This document shows positions 9,097 through 17,690 of a stretch of 64,000 nt of DNA, piece by piece (within the stretch, counting starts at the first letter, position 1; every line of letters begins with the position of its first letter). The stretch spans positions 1-64,000 of IMG/VR virus record IMGVR_UViG_3300036985_006248. The stretch is one strand, 5' to 3'. The translations under genes and the position numbers were made by a program. The notes beneath the pieces are model-generated. The model was not told the DNA's origin. It made no database searches and saw only the letters and a list, made by a program, of their open reading frames with translations. The DNA is from a virus.

Positions 9097-10152
9097 TTAT
9101 AATATAATTGGGGTACCAATGCATGGAATTATCAAACCCCCAGCAACCGTTCTTATTTGATTTGCTGAATCAGGAATAGATGAGCCGGGAGTAGCAGTTC
9201 CAATTTGATATATATCAGGTAAAGAACCACGTCTGCATACAGTTGGGCTATATTCCATTATTTCACATGGAAAAGAGTTGTATTGTCCACTCAATGAGTC
9301 AATGCTATGATCGACAACAAAACTAGAGTTAACATAAGGCTGCAAGATGCCGCCGCTGCTTTTTTGTGCTCCATTGGGATGTCTTGAAGCACAAAATCCA
9401 TTAGCGTTTATATAAGTGCCCCCGAGGCCAGCTCTTGTATATGTATTTCTTGAACTTAATAAAAATATGTTATAGACATTATCACTAACGTGCTGACCAG
9501 TTGATTTCCAAAGAGAAATCCAGTTAAATATAATTCCTAAACCGGCTCGACTCATTCCAAACCAAAATTCTCCTGTATCGGCACAAGTAAAATGTAAATA
9601 ATTTGTAAGACCAGTATTAGTAGTATCTAGAAATAAATTATATTGTCCACCGTCTCCGGAGGAGTACCCTGTTTGATCCAGTTGCACCGGGGCAGATGTG
9701 TTAGAAGCAGAAGGGCACGCTAAGACCGTTCCGCCGCTAAAGGTGCCAGTTATTGCCGTGCTAACAGTTAAATAACCAGCATTTTGGGACATGTTTATAA
9801 GCAATTCCTGTCCCAAAGAGGTGTTTTCCATTAATACCCAATGATGACTTGTGGAATTACTTCCGCGTGTAAAACTACCGGAAAAAGTTGCACCACCCCA
9901 TCTATCTGTACCAGCTACTCCGGGTGCTGAAATGGCCGAGCCAGTAGATGCATCTGAAGAACCACGAACAATCCATGTAGAATTTGCATGTCTCGTACCT
10001 CCAGTTGAACCAGTTGTATTCTGATTAGTTAAGCAGCTATATAAGCCCCAAGCATAATAAGATTCTTGTATTATTTGGGAAGTATTATTTGTGTCAAACG
10101 GAATGTTGACTCTGCTGTGATAGTTTCTTGTTTGTGCTGGTAATGTTGCCAT
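9097..10152 (-). CDS. Putative structural/receptor-binding protein
   Basis: 351 aa, G/S/T-rich, AGGAG RBS, within fibre cluster. Confidence 0.55.
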   Translation of the reverse strand: MATLPAQTRNYHSRVNIPFDTNNTSQIIQESYYAWGLYSCLTNQNTTGSTGGTRHANSTWIVRGSSDASTGSAISAPGVAGTDRWGGATFSGSFTRGSNSTSHHWVLMENTSLGQELLINMSQNAGYLTVSTAITGTFSGGTVLACPSASNTSAPVQLDQTGYSSGDGGQYNLFLDTTNTGLTNYLHFTCADTGEFWFGMSRAGLGIIFNWISLWKSTGQHVSDNVYNIFLLSSRNTYTRAGLGGTYINANGFCASRHPNGAQKSSGGILQPYVNSSFVVDHSIDSLSGQYNSFPCEIMEYSPTVCRRGSLPDIYQIGTATPGSSIPDSANQIRTVAGGLIIPCIGTPIIL

Positions 10153-10177
10153 TGAATTTTATCTCCTAATTTTAATA

Positions 10178-10882
10178 TTAAAACGGGTATGTTAGTGCTG
10201 CTCCACCGGCATACAATTCTTCTATCTCGGTTGTCGTTAATATCCGCGACCAGATTCCCACTTCGTCAATAGCACCGTCAAATCCAGAATAATTATCGTC
10301 TCGGTGACCGATTATTAAATCAGCAGTGGGAACGGAGAACGGGATGGGTCCAGAATGAGACGTAACCACAATTCCATTCCTATATCCGGTACAGAGCCCA
10401 GCGGTAGTACGAGTAAATACGCAGTGTACCCACGTATCACTTATTCCATCTATAGAAACAAGATATGAAGTATCGTAGCGACCATATAAAGTAAGACTTG
10501 TAGCATTTTGCAACACCGCATAGTTAATATTATCGCCCCCAGCACCAAGCATTTGAGAAATGGCTGGGCAATATCCGGCGCTCCCAAGTGCTCTATAACG
10601 ATACCAAAATGAAAGGGTCAAATCACCTACTAAATCAAGAGCCGGTGCGCGGATTTGATTGAGAGTGTTACCGCCAAATTCTGCTGCCTGACCCAAGATG
10701 CCGGTGCGCCAACCACCTACTCCAGCACTCAACGATACAGTAGTCGCATTGGCACCAACGACCTCCTCAATCCCGTTTCCATCTAGTTTATAATAACGAG
10801 CTAAATCATTAATTAAGGTGGATGGTATTGATGGTGTTGGATAGTTGACTTTCGATAACAATAAACCAGCGCCTATTATCAT
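10178..10882 (-). CDS. LamG/concanavalin A-like lectin domain protein
   Basis: TLSFWY, WVHCVFT, GYRNG, LIIG, FDGAIDEVGIWSRILTTTEIEELY. Confidence 0.85.
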   Translation of the reverse strand: MIIGAGLLLSKVNYPTPSIPSTLINDLARYYKLDGNGIEEVVGANATTVSLSAGVGGWRTGILGQAAEFGGNTLNQIRAPALDLVGDLTLSFWYRYRALGSAGYCPAISQMLGAGGDNINYAVLQNATSLTLYGRYDTSYLVSIDGISDTWVHCVFTRTTAGLCTGYRNGIVVTSHSGPIPFSVPTADLIIGHRDDNYSGFDGAIDEVGIWSRILTTTEIEELYAGGAALTYPF

Positions 10883-10883
10883 A

Positions 10884-12584
10884 TTATGTTATGTTACCCA
10901 ATAAATTGCAAATTGCGAACGATCCACTGGCTACATAATATGCCAATGCATCGATAGCTCCGTTTGTAGCTGTCAGACTTTTAACTGAACCGCTGGGGAA
11001 TTTCCAGAACGTATCATACGTTAAAGAGTAGTTTGAACCAGTTGGCTGAATAATTGTTATTATTCCTGATTGACCATTTGATGCGCTTGTAGGATTTTTT
11101 AACAATGTAGTTTCTGTAATATTGAATATAAAATTATTTGATAAACTCAAATCAACCGAGGCGGTGTTACTTACAGAGGCAAGAGTAGAGATATAGCCTA
11201 TTTGTGGTTTATTCCATATATTAGGTTGTAGGGTGTTAATTGTTCCAGAAGAGATAAGAGATCCAGAAATAACTGGATTAACGATTAGCATAGAAGATGA
11301 AACGCTACCAATAGTTATATTTCTTGTCCCGCTAGTTCCTATATTGATTGCACTTGAATGACCAGTACCACCAACATAAATTGTTCCAGAAACATTATCA
11401 GCCTCAAGAGCAACAAACTTATTTGCTGAATCTGCTTCGAAATAGTATGGATAGCTGCCACTTGCTCCTGCTTGTACAAGGGCATAGGTATTTGCTTGGG
11501 CGATGAACTGTGAGACACCTGAATCGTTTGAAACATCAATTAAAGCTTGTGTTCCACCTGCTCTGCTGCCTGTAACAATTATGTCAAGTCTTTCATCGGT
11601 TACAGTTATATTTGAACGAGCAGTGGAACTAAGCGACAACAAAGAACCAGAAGAGATTAAAGAGCCAGTGATAGCTGTTATTGTTTCGGGAATGGTTGTA
11701 TACGTGGGAGTATATGTGTTACCCTTCCATACAATATCAAAGCCCGAATCTACGATGTCTGCGCCACTATAAAAAACAAAAACGAGATTATCGTAAGCAT
11801 AAGACGCCGTGGTGCCCGTGGCAGCGGTTCCGGTATATGTATCTCTTAAAGTAAACCCCGGAGTTGTTATTTCGCCGCTGAGTGTAGTAATAACGCCTGT
11901 CAATGAACTTGTGATATCTGCGGTATAGGCTCTTAAAAAGTCAACATTATATTCTAAACTAATCTCATTTATATTTAACTCATAAGAAGTATCGGTTCCA
12001 TTATGTAGTATAAAGATATTTTCCAGATCGTTATAATAATTTCCAGTAGGACCGCCAAGATCATATAGTTTTCCATAATTTAATATAGAACTGGAGGTGA
12101 GCGCGCTGCCCATGTTGAAGAAGCTCGCGGGCGCATCAATAATTGCCTCTGATGGTATTCCCATGGACACATTTAAAGTTCGAACATTTATAGTACCCGA
12201 ACTCTCAAGGTTTATAGCACCTAGATGGCTGGCTCTCACATTAACGTCATGATAAGTCCCCGTTGTTTGGCCTATAGATATATCCTCTGCTGTATTGGTA
12301 CCTATCTCGACGGACCACCCCAAGGGAGAATCTATTTGGACACCTTCATCGCCTTCTAGTGTAAGGACGATAGCACTTACCGTTAATTCGCTACGTACAT
12401 CGAAGTACGAGGGTCTATTTGCCTCAAGAACAATACCAGCGGTATCCTCTCCGGAGGGTCGGTTTATAAAAAACCCTCGGTTATGAACTAGTTCTATAGT
12501 GTTGCCGTCGAACGCATCATATGCTGTTTGAAGTGTGACTATAGAGCTTGTGGTTGGTACAGGCAGTGGATAAATAATTGACAT
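10884..12584 (-). CDS. Tail fibre-like protein
   Basis: 566 aa; C-terminal VDLSLSNNF..NPT..GQSGII.I.Q....WKFPSG...T....DAL.YYV domain typical of phage fibres. Confidence 0.65.
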   Translation of the reverse strand: MSIIYPLPVPTTSSIVTLQTAYDAFDGNTIELVHNRGFFINRPSGEDTAGIVLEANRPSYFDVRSELTVSAIVLTLEGDEGVQIDSPLGWSVEIGTNTAEDISIGQTTGTYHDVNVRASHLGAINLESSGTINVRTLNVSMGIPSEAIIDAPASFFNMGSALTSSSILNYGKLYDLGGPTGNYYNDLENIFILHNGTDTSYELNINEISLEYNVDFLRAYTADITSSLTGVITTLSGEITTPGFTLRDTYTGTAATGTTASYAYDNLVFVFYSGADIVDSGFDIVWKGNTYTPTYTTIPETITAITGSLISSGSLLSLSSTARSNITVTDERLDIIVTGSRAGGTQALIDVSNDSGVSQFIAQANTYALVQAGASGSYPYYFEADSANKFVALEADNVSGTIYVGGTGHSSAINIGTSGTRNITIGSVSSSMLIVNPVISGSLISSGTINTLQPNIWNKPQIGYISTLASVSNTASVDLSLSNNFIFNITETTLLKNPTSASNGQSGIITIIQPTGSNYSLTYDTFWKFPSGSVKSLTATNGAIDALAYYVASGSFAICNLLGNIT

Positions 12585-12594
12585 TTTTTAGTTC

Positions 12595-13203
12595 CTAGCT
12601 TACTGCCGTGGCATAAACACCTGAAGATGAAGACCCGCTGACAAAATATCCACCATGATAGACGCCAACGGTTGTAGCGTCTGCAACATAAGTTCCCGAA
12701 GGATATAATATTAAAGAATAAGAAGTAGGTACTGAAGCAGTGTTTAAAAGGCTGAAGCCGTAAGTAGCACCACCTGCTGATGATAAACATATATATAATT
12801 GATGTGGTCCGGGGTTACTTACTAATAATCCTTTTCTTGTTGTACTATTAGCCGCTAAAGAGAATGTACCGCTGGCGGAACCGGTCCAGCTAAAAGAAGT
12901 TATTGGTAAAACTGTTGCAGTTGTAACTGCGGCATCGATTACAGTAATAGTTGAGGCTGTGTTGACTGTGATGGTGCCAGTGACATAAACCGGGTTGGCT
13001 AGAGAAGAAGTGACTGATAAAGAAGTGTTCCCCACTGTCACTGTTGAACTGGCTGTGTTGACTGTGACAGTACCAGTGACATAAACCGGGTTGGCTAGAG
13101 AAGAAGATATTTGATGAACTGGTATATAACCATAGCTGCTACTTTCAACGGCTAGCGATTGTGTACTACCGGCACCATCTTTAATGATTAAACTTTGTGT
13201 CAT
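12595..13203 (-). CDS. Putative structural protein with internal duplication
   Basis: S/T-rich; SSLANPVYVTGT.TVNTAS x2. Confidence 0.6.
   Translation of the reverse strand: MTQSLIIKDGAGSTQSLAVESSSYGYIPVHQISSSLANPVYVTGTVTVNTASSTVTVGNTSLSVTSSLANPVYVTGTITVNTASTITVIDAAVTTATVLPITSFSWTGSASGTFSLAANSTTRKGLLVSNPGPHQLYICLSSAGGATYGFSLLNTASVPTSYSLILYPSGTYVADATTVGVYHGGYFVSGSSSSGVYATAVS
12955..13106. repeat. 56-bp direct repeat, 96-bp period (12955-13010 and 13051-13106)
   Basis: 53/56 identical; period preserves the reading frame. Confidence 0.9.
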
Positions 13204-13215
13204 TTAATTAATTCC

Positions 13216-13443
13216 TTATATCACGCCAATATAGAATGAGTTATCTGGGCAAGAGAAGTCTAACTGTATATCGCATACTGATGAACCTGCCACTGGTGGT
13301 GAGGTTTGTAAGTTATTTAAGACAGCTTCTCCAACTCCAGCATTAACAACTGCCTTGCCGCCCCATATCTTGATTTCAAAGCGAGGCTTGGCTTTTATTG
13401 TGTTATAAAGTAAGTCACTGTTTTGAAATTTCTTGTATGACAT
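13216..13443 (-). CDS. Small structural-module protein (possibly the separated N-terminal part of 7903..8880)
   Basis: 75-aa ORF; CTAATTAT motif just upstream. Confidence 0.55.
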   Translation of the reverse strand: MSYKKFQNSDLLYNTIKAKPRFEIKIWGGKAVVNAGVGEAVLNNLQTSPPVAGSSVCDIQLDFSCPDNSFYIGVI

Positions 13444-13451
13444 TATCCCAG

Positions 13452-13459
13452 ATAATTAG
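13452..13459 (-). promoter_or_regulatory. Putative phage promoter motif CTAWTTAT
   Basis: CTAATTAT upstream of 13443. Confidence 0.55.
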
Positions 13460-13573
13460 TCAGCGATTATATAAAACATGCTGTTTTTTTTAAATCTTCT
13501 ATCCCGTCTTCGCACCATACATCAAAGAAAACGTCTTGAGTGTTAAGAAGGAATTTTATTCTCTTTAAAGAAT

Positions 13574-14704
13574 TTAGTAGTCCAACCGCACGCGCAATAT
13601 CATCTCTTGGGTAGGATCTTTCTTAAGAGGTTCCGACACCTTTGCTACCGCAAGTAATTCATTGTCGGGTGAATAAAGACCAATTGTTGTGAGGTAAGAA
13701 ACAGGTGCATCACTTAATTTGCTCTTAACTCTTATCTTGCTGTTTTGTAGATAAGTTGGATTTGAGCTATAATTAAATTCGTTGTGATTGATACGGCAGA
13801 AGTGTATTGATGAATTCAGTTCAGTGGTATTATTGAACGTAATGTTTTGTATTCTATTGCGAAGCGCGGCACCTGCATCGTTCATAGAACCGCTTTCAAG
13901 AAGTGTTTCAACATTTGCATATACCGAACCTGTACCGCGCATATCAACAAAATAACCGTTCTTGATTTGTCCATAAGTGCTAGCAGACATAGAAGAAGAA
14001 GGACTGTTTGAGCTAGACTGTGCAAAGATTGCCGTAGAAAGAGCTACAACGCCTGCCTGATAAAAGACGAAGCCAACTGACTGTGAAGGGGCAGTTGTCC
14101 AACCAGCAGAAGCACTAGAGAAGCTTGTAGCGTACAGGATGCCATATTCACCGGACGGTGAGTTAATCTTATAATTTGACGTTCCAGATATATCGCTAAC
14201 AAGGCATGTCGCAGCAAAAGGCGAAACGCTAGATGAATTAATCCCCAAAGTCATTTGGAAAGAGCCACGCTTTATTTCATCTTTTGTTAGCAAACGAGAA
14301 AAATTCAAGAAGAACATAGATTGGCTTTTGTCACCAGCAGTTGCCGGATCGCCGTCTCTATCAAATTGTTGGACGGAACCAGTTGTATCATAACCAACCA
14401 ATACTTGTGCCATTTGATTATAGATATTTATCTTCTTTTTGCAAAATGGGTCTATTGTTAAACTGCTGCTACCGGGAGAATTAGCGGCTTGACCAACTGT
14501 CATATCAAACAGTTGATTGGCAGAAGAACTTAAATATGGATAATCATATACGCTTTGGAACATACCGTGCGTATAAGACTTGACGCTAGAAGTTCCATAG
14601 ACAGAACTAGAAACTATTGTGCCTGTTACTGGGATATTTTCATGCAATAGCGTTCTTGTAGAAACTATATCGTCATCTAAAAACGTTTTAAAAGTTGTAG
14701 CCAT
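13574..14704 (-). CDS. Baseplate/tail structural protein
   Basis: EFNYSSNPTY...YLTTIGLYSPDNELLAVAKVSEPLKK..LRVRLDY; paralog of 7903..8880. Confidence 0.65.
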   Translation of the reverse strand: MATTFKTFLDDDIVSTRTLLHENIPVTGTIVSSSVYGTSSVKSYTHGMFQSVYDYPYLSSSANQLFDMTVGQAANSPGSSSLTIDPFCKKKINIYNQMAQVLVGYDTTGSVQQFDRDGDPATAGDKSQSMFFLNFSRLLTKDEIKRGSFQMTLGINSSSVSPFAATCLVSDISGTSNYKINSPSGEYGILYATSFSSASAGWTTAPSQSVGFVFYQAGVVALSTAIFAQSSSNSPSSSMSASTYGQIKNGYFVDMRGTGSVYANVETLLESGSMNDAGAALRNRIQNITFNNTTELNSSIHFCRINHNEFNYSSNPTYLQNSKIRVKSKLSDAPVSYLTTIGLYSPDNELLAVAKVSEPLKKDPTQEMILRVRLDY

Positions 14705-14720
14705 TTAATTCTTCCTTTTA

Positions 14721-15653
14721 TTATGGAGTTATTTTCTTAACAACCATTAGTGGTATGTCGAGTGTATTGCCAGTTGTAACACCGACAACTCTTACGTTTG
14801 TTAATATGCCGCTAGCATAAACAATTTCTGGGATGAAACCGCTGGTGATGTTTTTTCCTAATTGGGTAAACAAATAATCGCTTGTTGATACTTCATTTTG
14901 TGATATAAGTTTAAACTGTAGAAAGGTGCCTCTTGGGCCAGCGATTACGTGTCCCGTTTCATTTGGATCATTTGATAAGTCATCAACAAAAAGACCATCA
15001 ACCCCTCTAGAAAAATAATAAGTAGCTATATTATCATCATCTATATAAGATGGAGTTGCGGCTGCACCGTTAATATCAGCCAAAGCAGCAAAGCGATTAT
15101 CAATTTCAACCAAATATTGTGTCTCAACTAGGTCTGCATCTAAAGGACCGACTGGAATTTCCGTTGTATCCAATCCTTGGTTTATTCTTATATACTTACC
15201 ATTAATGGTTGAACGGCCAAAAAGCACGCCAGTAACAAGTTCTTGCTCCTCGTACTTCGCGACGCGAAAATACGTTTCTGTATCTGTATCAACTGCTAAA
15301 ACATATCCGCTATTAACCAAAGTTGTTGCTTTAGTAGTTGCGGAAGCAGAAGTATCAATCTTTACTACTGGCAAATAAAGCAAGTTGTTCTTTGCTATTG
15401 ACATTAGCTTGCTCTTTAGGCTTGAGCCATTGTTACTAAAGGCTTCAAGAACCGGTGTTTGCAAAATCTCTAAATCATAGTATGCAGAACCGCTTGCATT
15501 GCTATAATTATAAAGAGAATAATCGATTTCGTCATCACCAAGAGCGAATTTTGCTACTCTGAATGATCCGTCACCTTTAGATAGGCGCATGCGACCAGTA
15601 TCTGTGAGTACGGCATCCAATATTATGTCCCCGGAATTGTCTAAGAAAGCCAT
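14721..15653 (-). CDS. Baseplate/tail structural protein
   Basis: MAFLDNSGDIILDAVLTDTGR..L..G.F...FALGDDEIDY N-terminus; paralog of 20681..21628. Confidence 0.65.
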   Translation of the reverse strand: MAFLDNSGDIILDAVLTDTGRMRLSKGDGSFRVAKFALGDDEIDYSLYNYSNASGSAYYDLEILQTPVLEAFSNNGSSLKSKLMSIAKNNLLYLPVVKIDTSASATTKATTLVNSGYVLAVDTDTETYFRVAKYEEQELVTGVLFGRSTINGKYIRINQGLDTTEIPVGPLDADLVETQYLVEIDNRFAALADINGAAATPSYIDDDNIATYYFSRGVDGLFVDDLSNDPNETGHVIAGPRGTFLQFKLISQNEVSTSDYLFTQLGKNITSGFIPEIVYASGILTNVRVVGVTTGNTLDIPLMVVKKITP

Positions 15654-15680
15654 GTTTGTTGTCCTTTTTGATACTTTTCT

Positions 15681-15688
15681 ATAATTAG
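15681..15688 (-). promoter_or_regulatory. Putative phage promoter motif CTAWTTAT
   Basis: CTAATTAT upstream of 15653. Confidence 0.55.
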
Positions 15689-15713
15689 TACCAACTTTTT
15701 AATTATCTTGTGT

Positions 15714-17690
15714 TTATGTTGGTTTATTATACTTAAAAGTAAAGTTTACATCAATTTTTTTGCCTGTCGATTTAGATGTCAATCTAATCTTAAATCTCTT
15801 ATTCCAAGGCACTACATCGTCAGAACCTAATTGTATATTATTTTCGTTTGTCTTTTCATTATTTGTTAAACGATGTCTTACAGCCGGTTGTATTTTTAAG
15901 TATCTTTTAAACTCTTTTGAATGTTGCTTTTTATTTTCTTCTTTATCAAATTCAACGATGCTAATATATGGTAAAATAAGACCATTATCATTGATAATTT
16001 CTAATTCATAAACCGGCGTTGGATTTGAAATATTTTGATGAAAGTCGATGGCTCTTGCAACATAATAATACTTCTTATTTTCACTGATTGTATCGATATA
16101 AGAAGCGCCAGAAGAGTTTTTTGTTGATGTAATATTAATAAGTCTACCAAAGAAATCTTCATAAGATTTTGGCTTTGTCTCTGTACGATATATCTCTATA
16201 GAATCAGCCGGTTCATCAGCCTGAAAGGTCAATAATGCACTATCAGGACTTTTGTTTTGGGCCAAGCGCAATTCATCCTTGCGCGTCTCCTCAGAGGGAC
16301 TGAAGTTGATTGCGGGAACCGTTTTAAGCCCAATGGAGGTATTAAAATTTATCTTTATCTTGTTAGAAACTCCAACATAGGGGATTAATTCCACTTCTGG
16401 TTCTAAGGGTGGATAGTCCAGAAGCTTATTGGTATAAACTGCTCCAAGACCTGTATTAGAAGTTGTTTTGTCACCAAGAATATAAGCCTTAATCATTGGT
16501 TTATTGTTAAATTCCAGAGTTAACTTATTGTTTTGTAAGTCGAACTTAGTAATTTCATATTGTGTAGCAAATGTCAGCACAACTAAATCAAGTTTATAGG
16601 TATACTTCTTATCATATTTGATTTGTGTGTCTACCCAACTCATTACACCTTCACCGACATTCGGCAAAAACCATTCTTGTATTAAAGCAGTTGAACCACC
16701 TTGGTATTTTTTAAGATGATAACCGATAACCTCTGCATATTCTTCTTTATCTTCTAATATTTCTAAAAATGTTCTTGCTTTGGAATCTATTCTTTGATTA
16801 AGCTCAAAAATAATACTAAAATCGTTGTTTACAAAAGAGTCAAGCTTGCTGGTTAAGAATTGTTCGACGTTTAATTCCTTGATATTGATTTTATTAGCTA
16901 TATTTTTGTTTGTAACAGAATCAGAATATAGTAACGTTGATGAAGACGCTTGATTGACTATTGTTTCAAACATTTCCGTGAAAAGGCTTTTCTTCTGTAT
17001 AACTTCTGAAATGCTTCTTTTGCCTAATTCATGTGTATCAAATTTTATATCAGTATAAAAAGGAAATTGTTCCTTGTAAACATTAAATTTCTCTAAATAT
17101 TTATCGATTCGCAGTGGCCCCTTTTCAACAATGACCTCATAGGGAACTACGTTAGTGATTAGCTCATTTCTAAAGCTTGAACTAATCAGTGCGCGAGGAG
17201 TTTCAAAAAAAGTTGTTCCTACAAAGCCTTTATTATTCTCAGCATTTATGAATTCGGTTAAAACATCATAAAAATATGGCAATGCAGTTTCAGTTACTGT
17301 ACTGGCTGCATCCAAATAGTTTTCATAGTTTTTAACTAAAAAATTATATTCAAAAGGGCTTTTAAACCTAAAGAGGTCTAGGTTATCTGCCATAGAGCTA
17401 CTTAATTGTTTTAATTCAATCAGTTCTTCGTAATGCATATCAGCATCAAAGTTTACACTTGTCTTAATACCGCTTATTAATTGTCTCAATGCCGTATTGG
17501 AAGCTAAACCTTGTAGCGTAATAGCAGAACCAGTAAAGACTATCTTTCCTTCATAACGCGATGAAGAATTTACATATTGCTCTTGGAATTCTGCTATGCC
17601 AACGGAACCTGTATTTAAAGCACTGTTTATGCTAGTGAATTGTAAGGTCTGTTCAGACGATAGGGTATATTTTTTACCTATTTTAGACAT
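15714..17690 (-). CDS. Hypothetical structural-module protein (possible Ig/FN3-like domains)
   Basis: 658 aa; YIDT...KKYYYVARAID-type beta motifs. Confidence 0.6.
   Translation of the reverse strand: MSKIGKKYTLSSEQTLQFTSINSALNTGSVGIAEFQEQYVNSSSRYEGKIVFTGSAITLQGLASNTALRQLISGIKTSVNFDADMHYEELIELKQLSSSMADNLDLFRFKSPFEYNFLVKNYENYLDAASTVTETALPYFYDVLTEFINAENNKGFVGTTFFETPRALISSSFRNELITNVVPYEVIVEKGPLRIDKYLEKFNVYKEQFPFYTDIKFDTHELGKRSISEVIQKKSLFTEMFETIVNQASSSTLLYSDSVTNKNIANKINIKELNVEQFLTSKLDSFVNNDFSIIFELNQRIDSKARTFLEILEDKEEYAEVIGYHLKKYQGGSTALIQEWFLPNVGEGVMSWVDTQIKYDKKYTYKLDLVVLTFATQYEITKFDLQNNKLTLEFNNKPMIKAYILGDKTTSNTGLGAVYTNKLLDYPPLEPEVELIPYVGVSNKIKINFNTSIGLKTVPAINFSPSEETRKDELRLAQNKSPDSALLTFQADEPADSIEIYRTETKPKSYEDFFGRLINITSTKNSSGASYIDTISENKKYYYVARAIDFHQNISNPTPVYELEIINDNGLILPYISIVEFDKEENKKQHSKEFKRYLKIQPAVRHRLTNNEKTNENNIQLGSDDVVPWNKRFKIRLTSKSTGKKIDVNFTFKYNKPT

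Noticed and set aside
12955-13106. Near-identical repeat pair as a DGR template/variable repeat
   Set aside because: Both copies are in frame inside one gene 96 bp apart, with only three mismatches, and there is no reverse transcriptase in the window.
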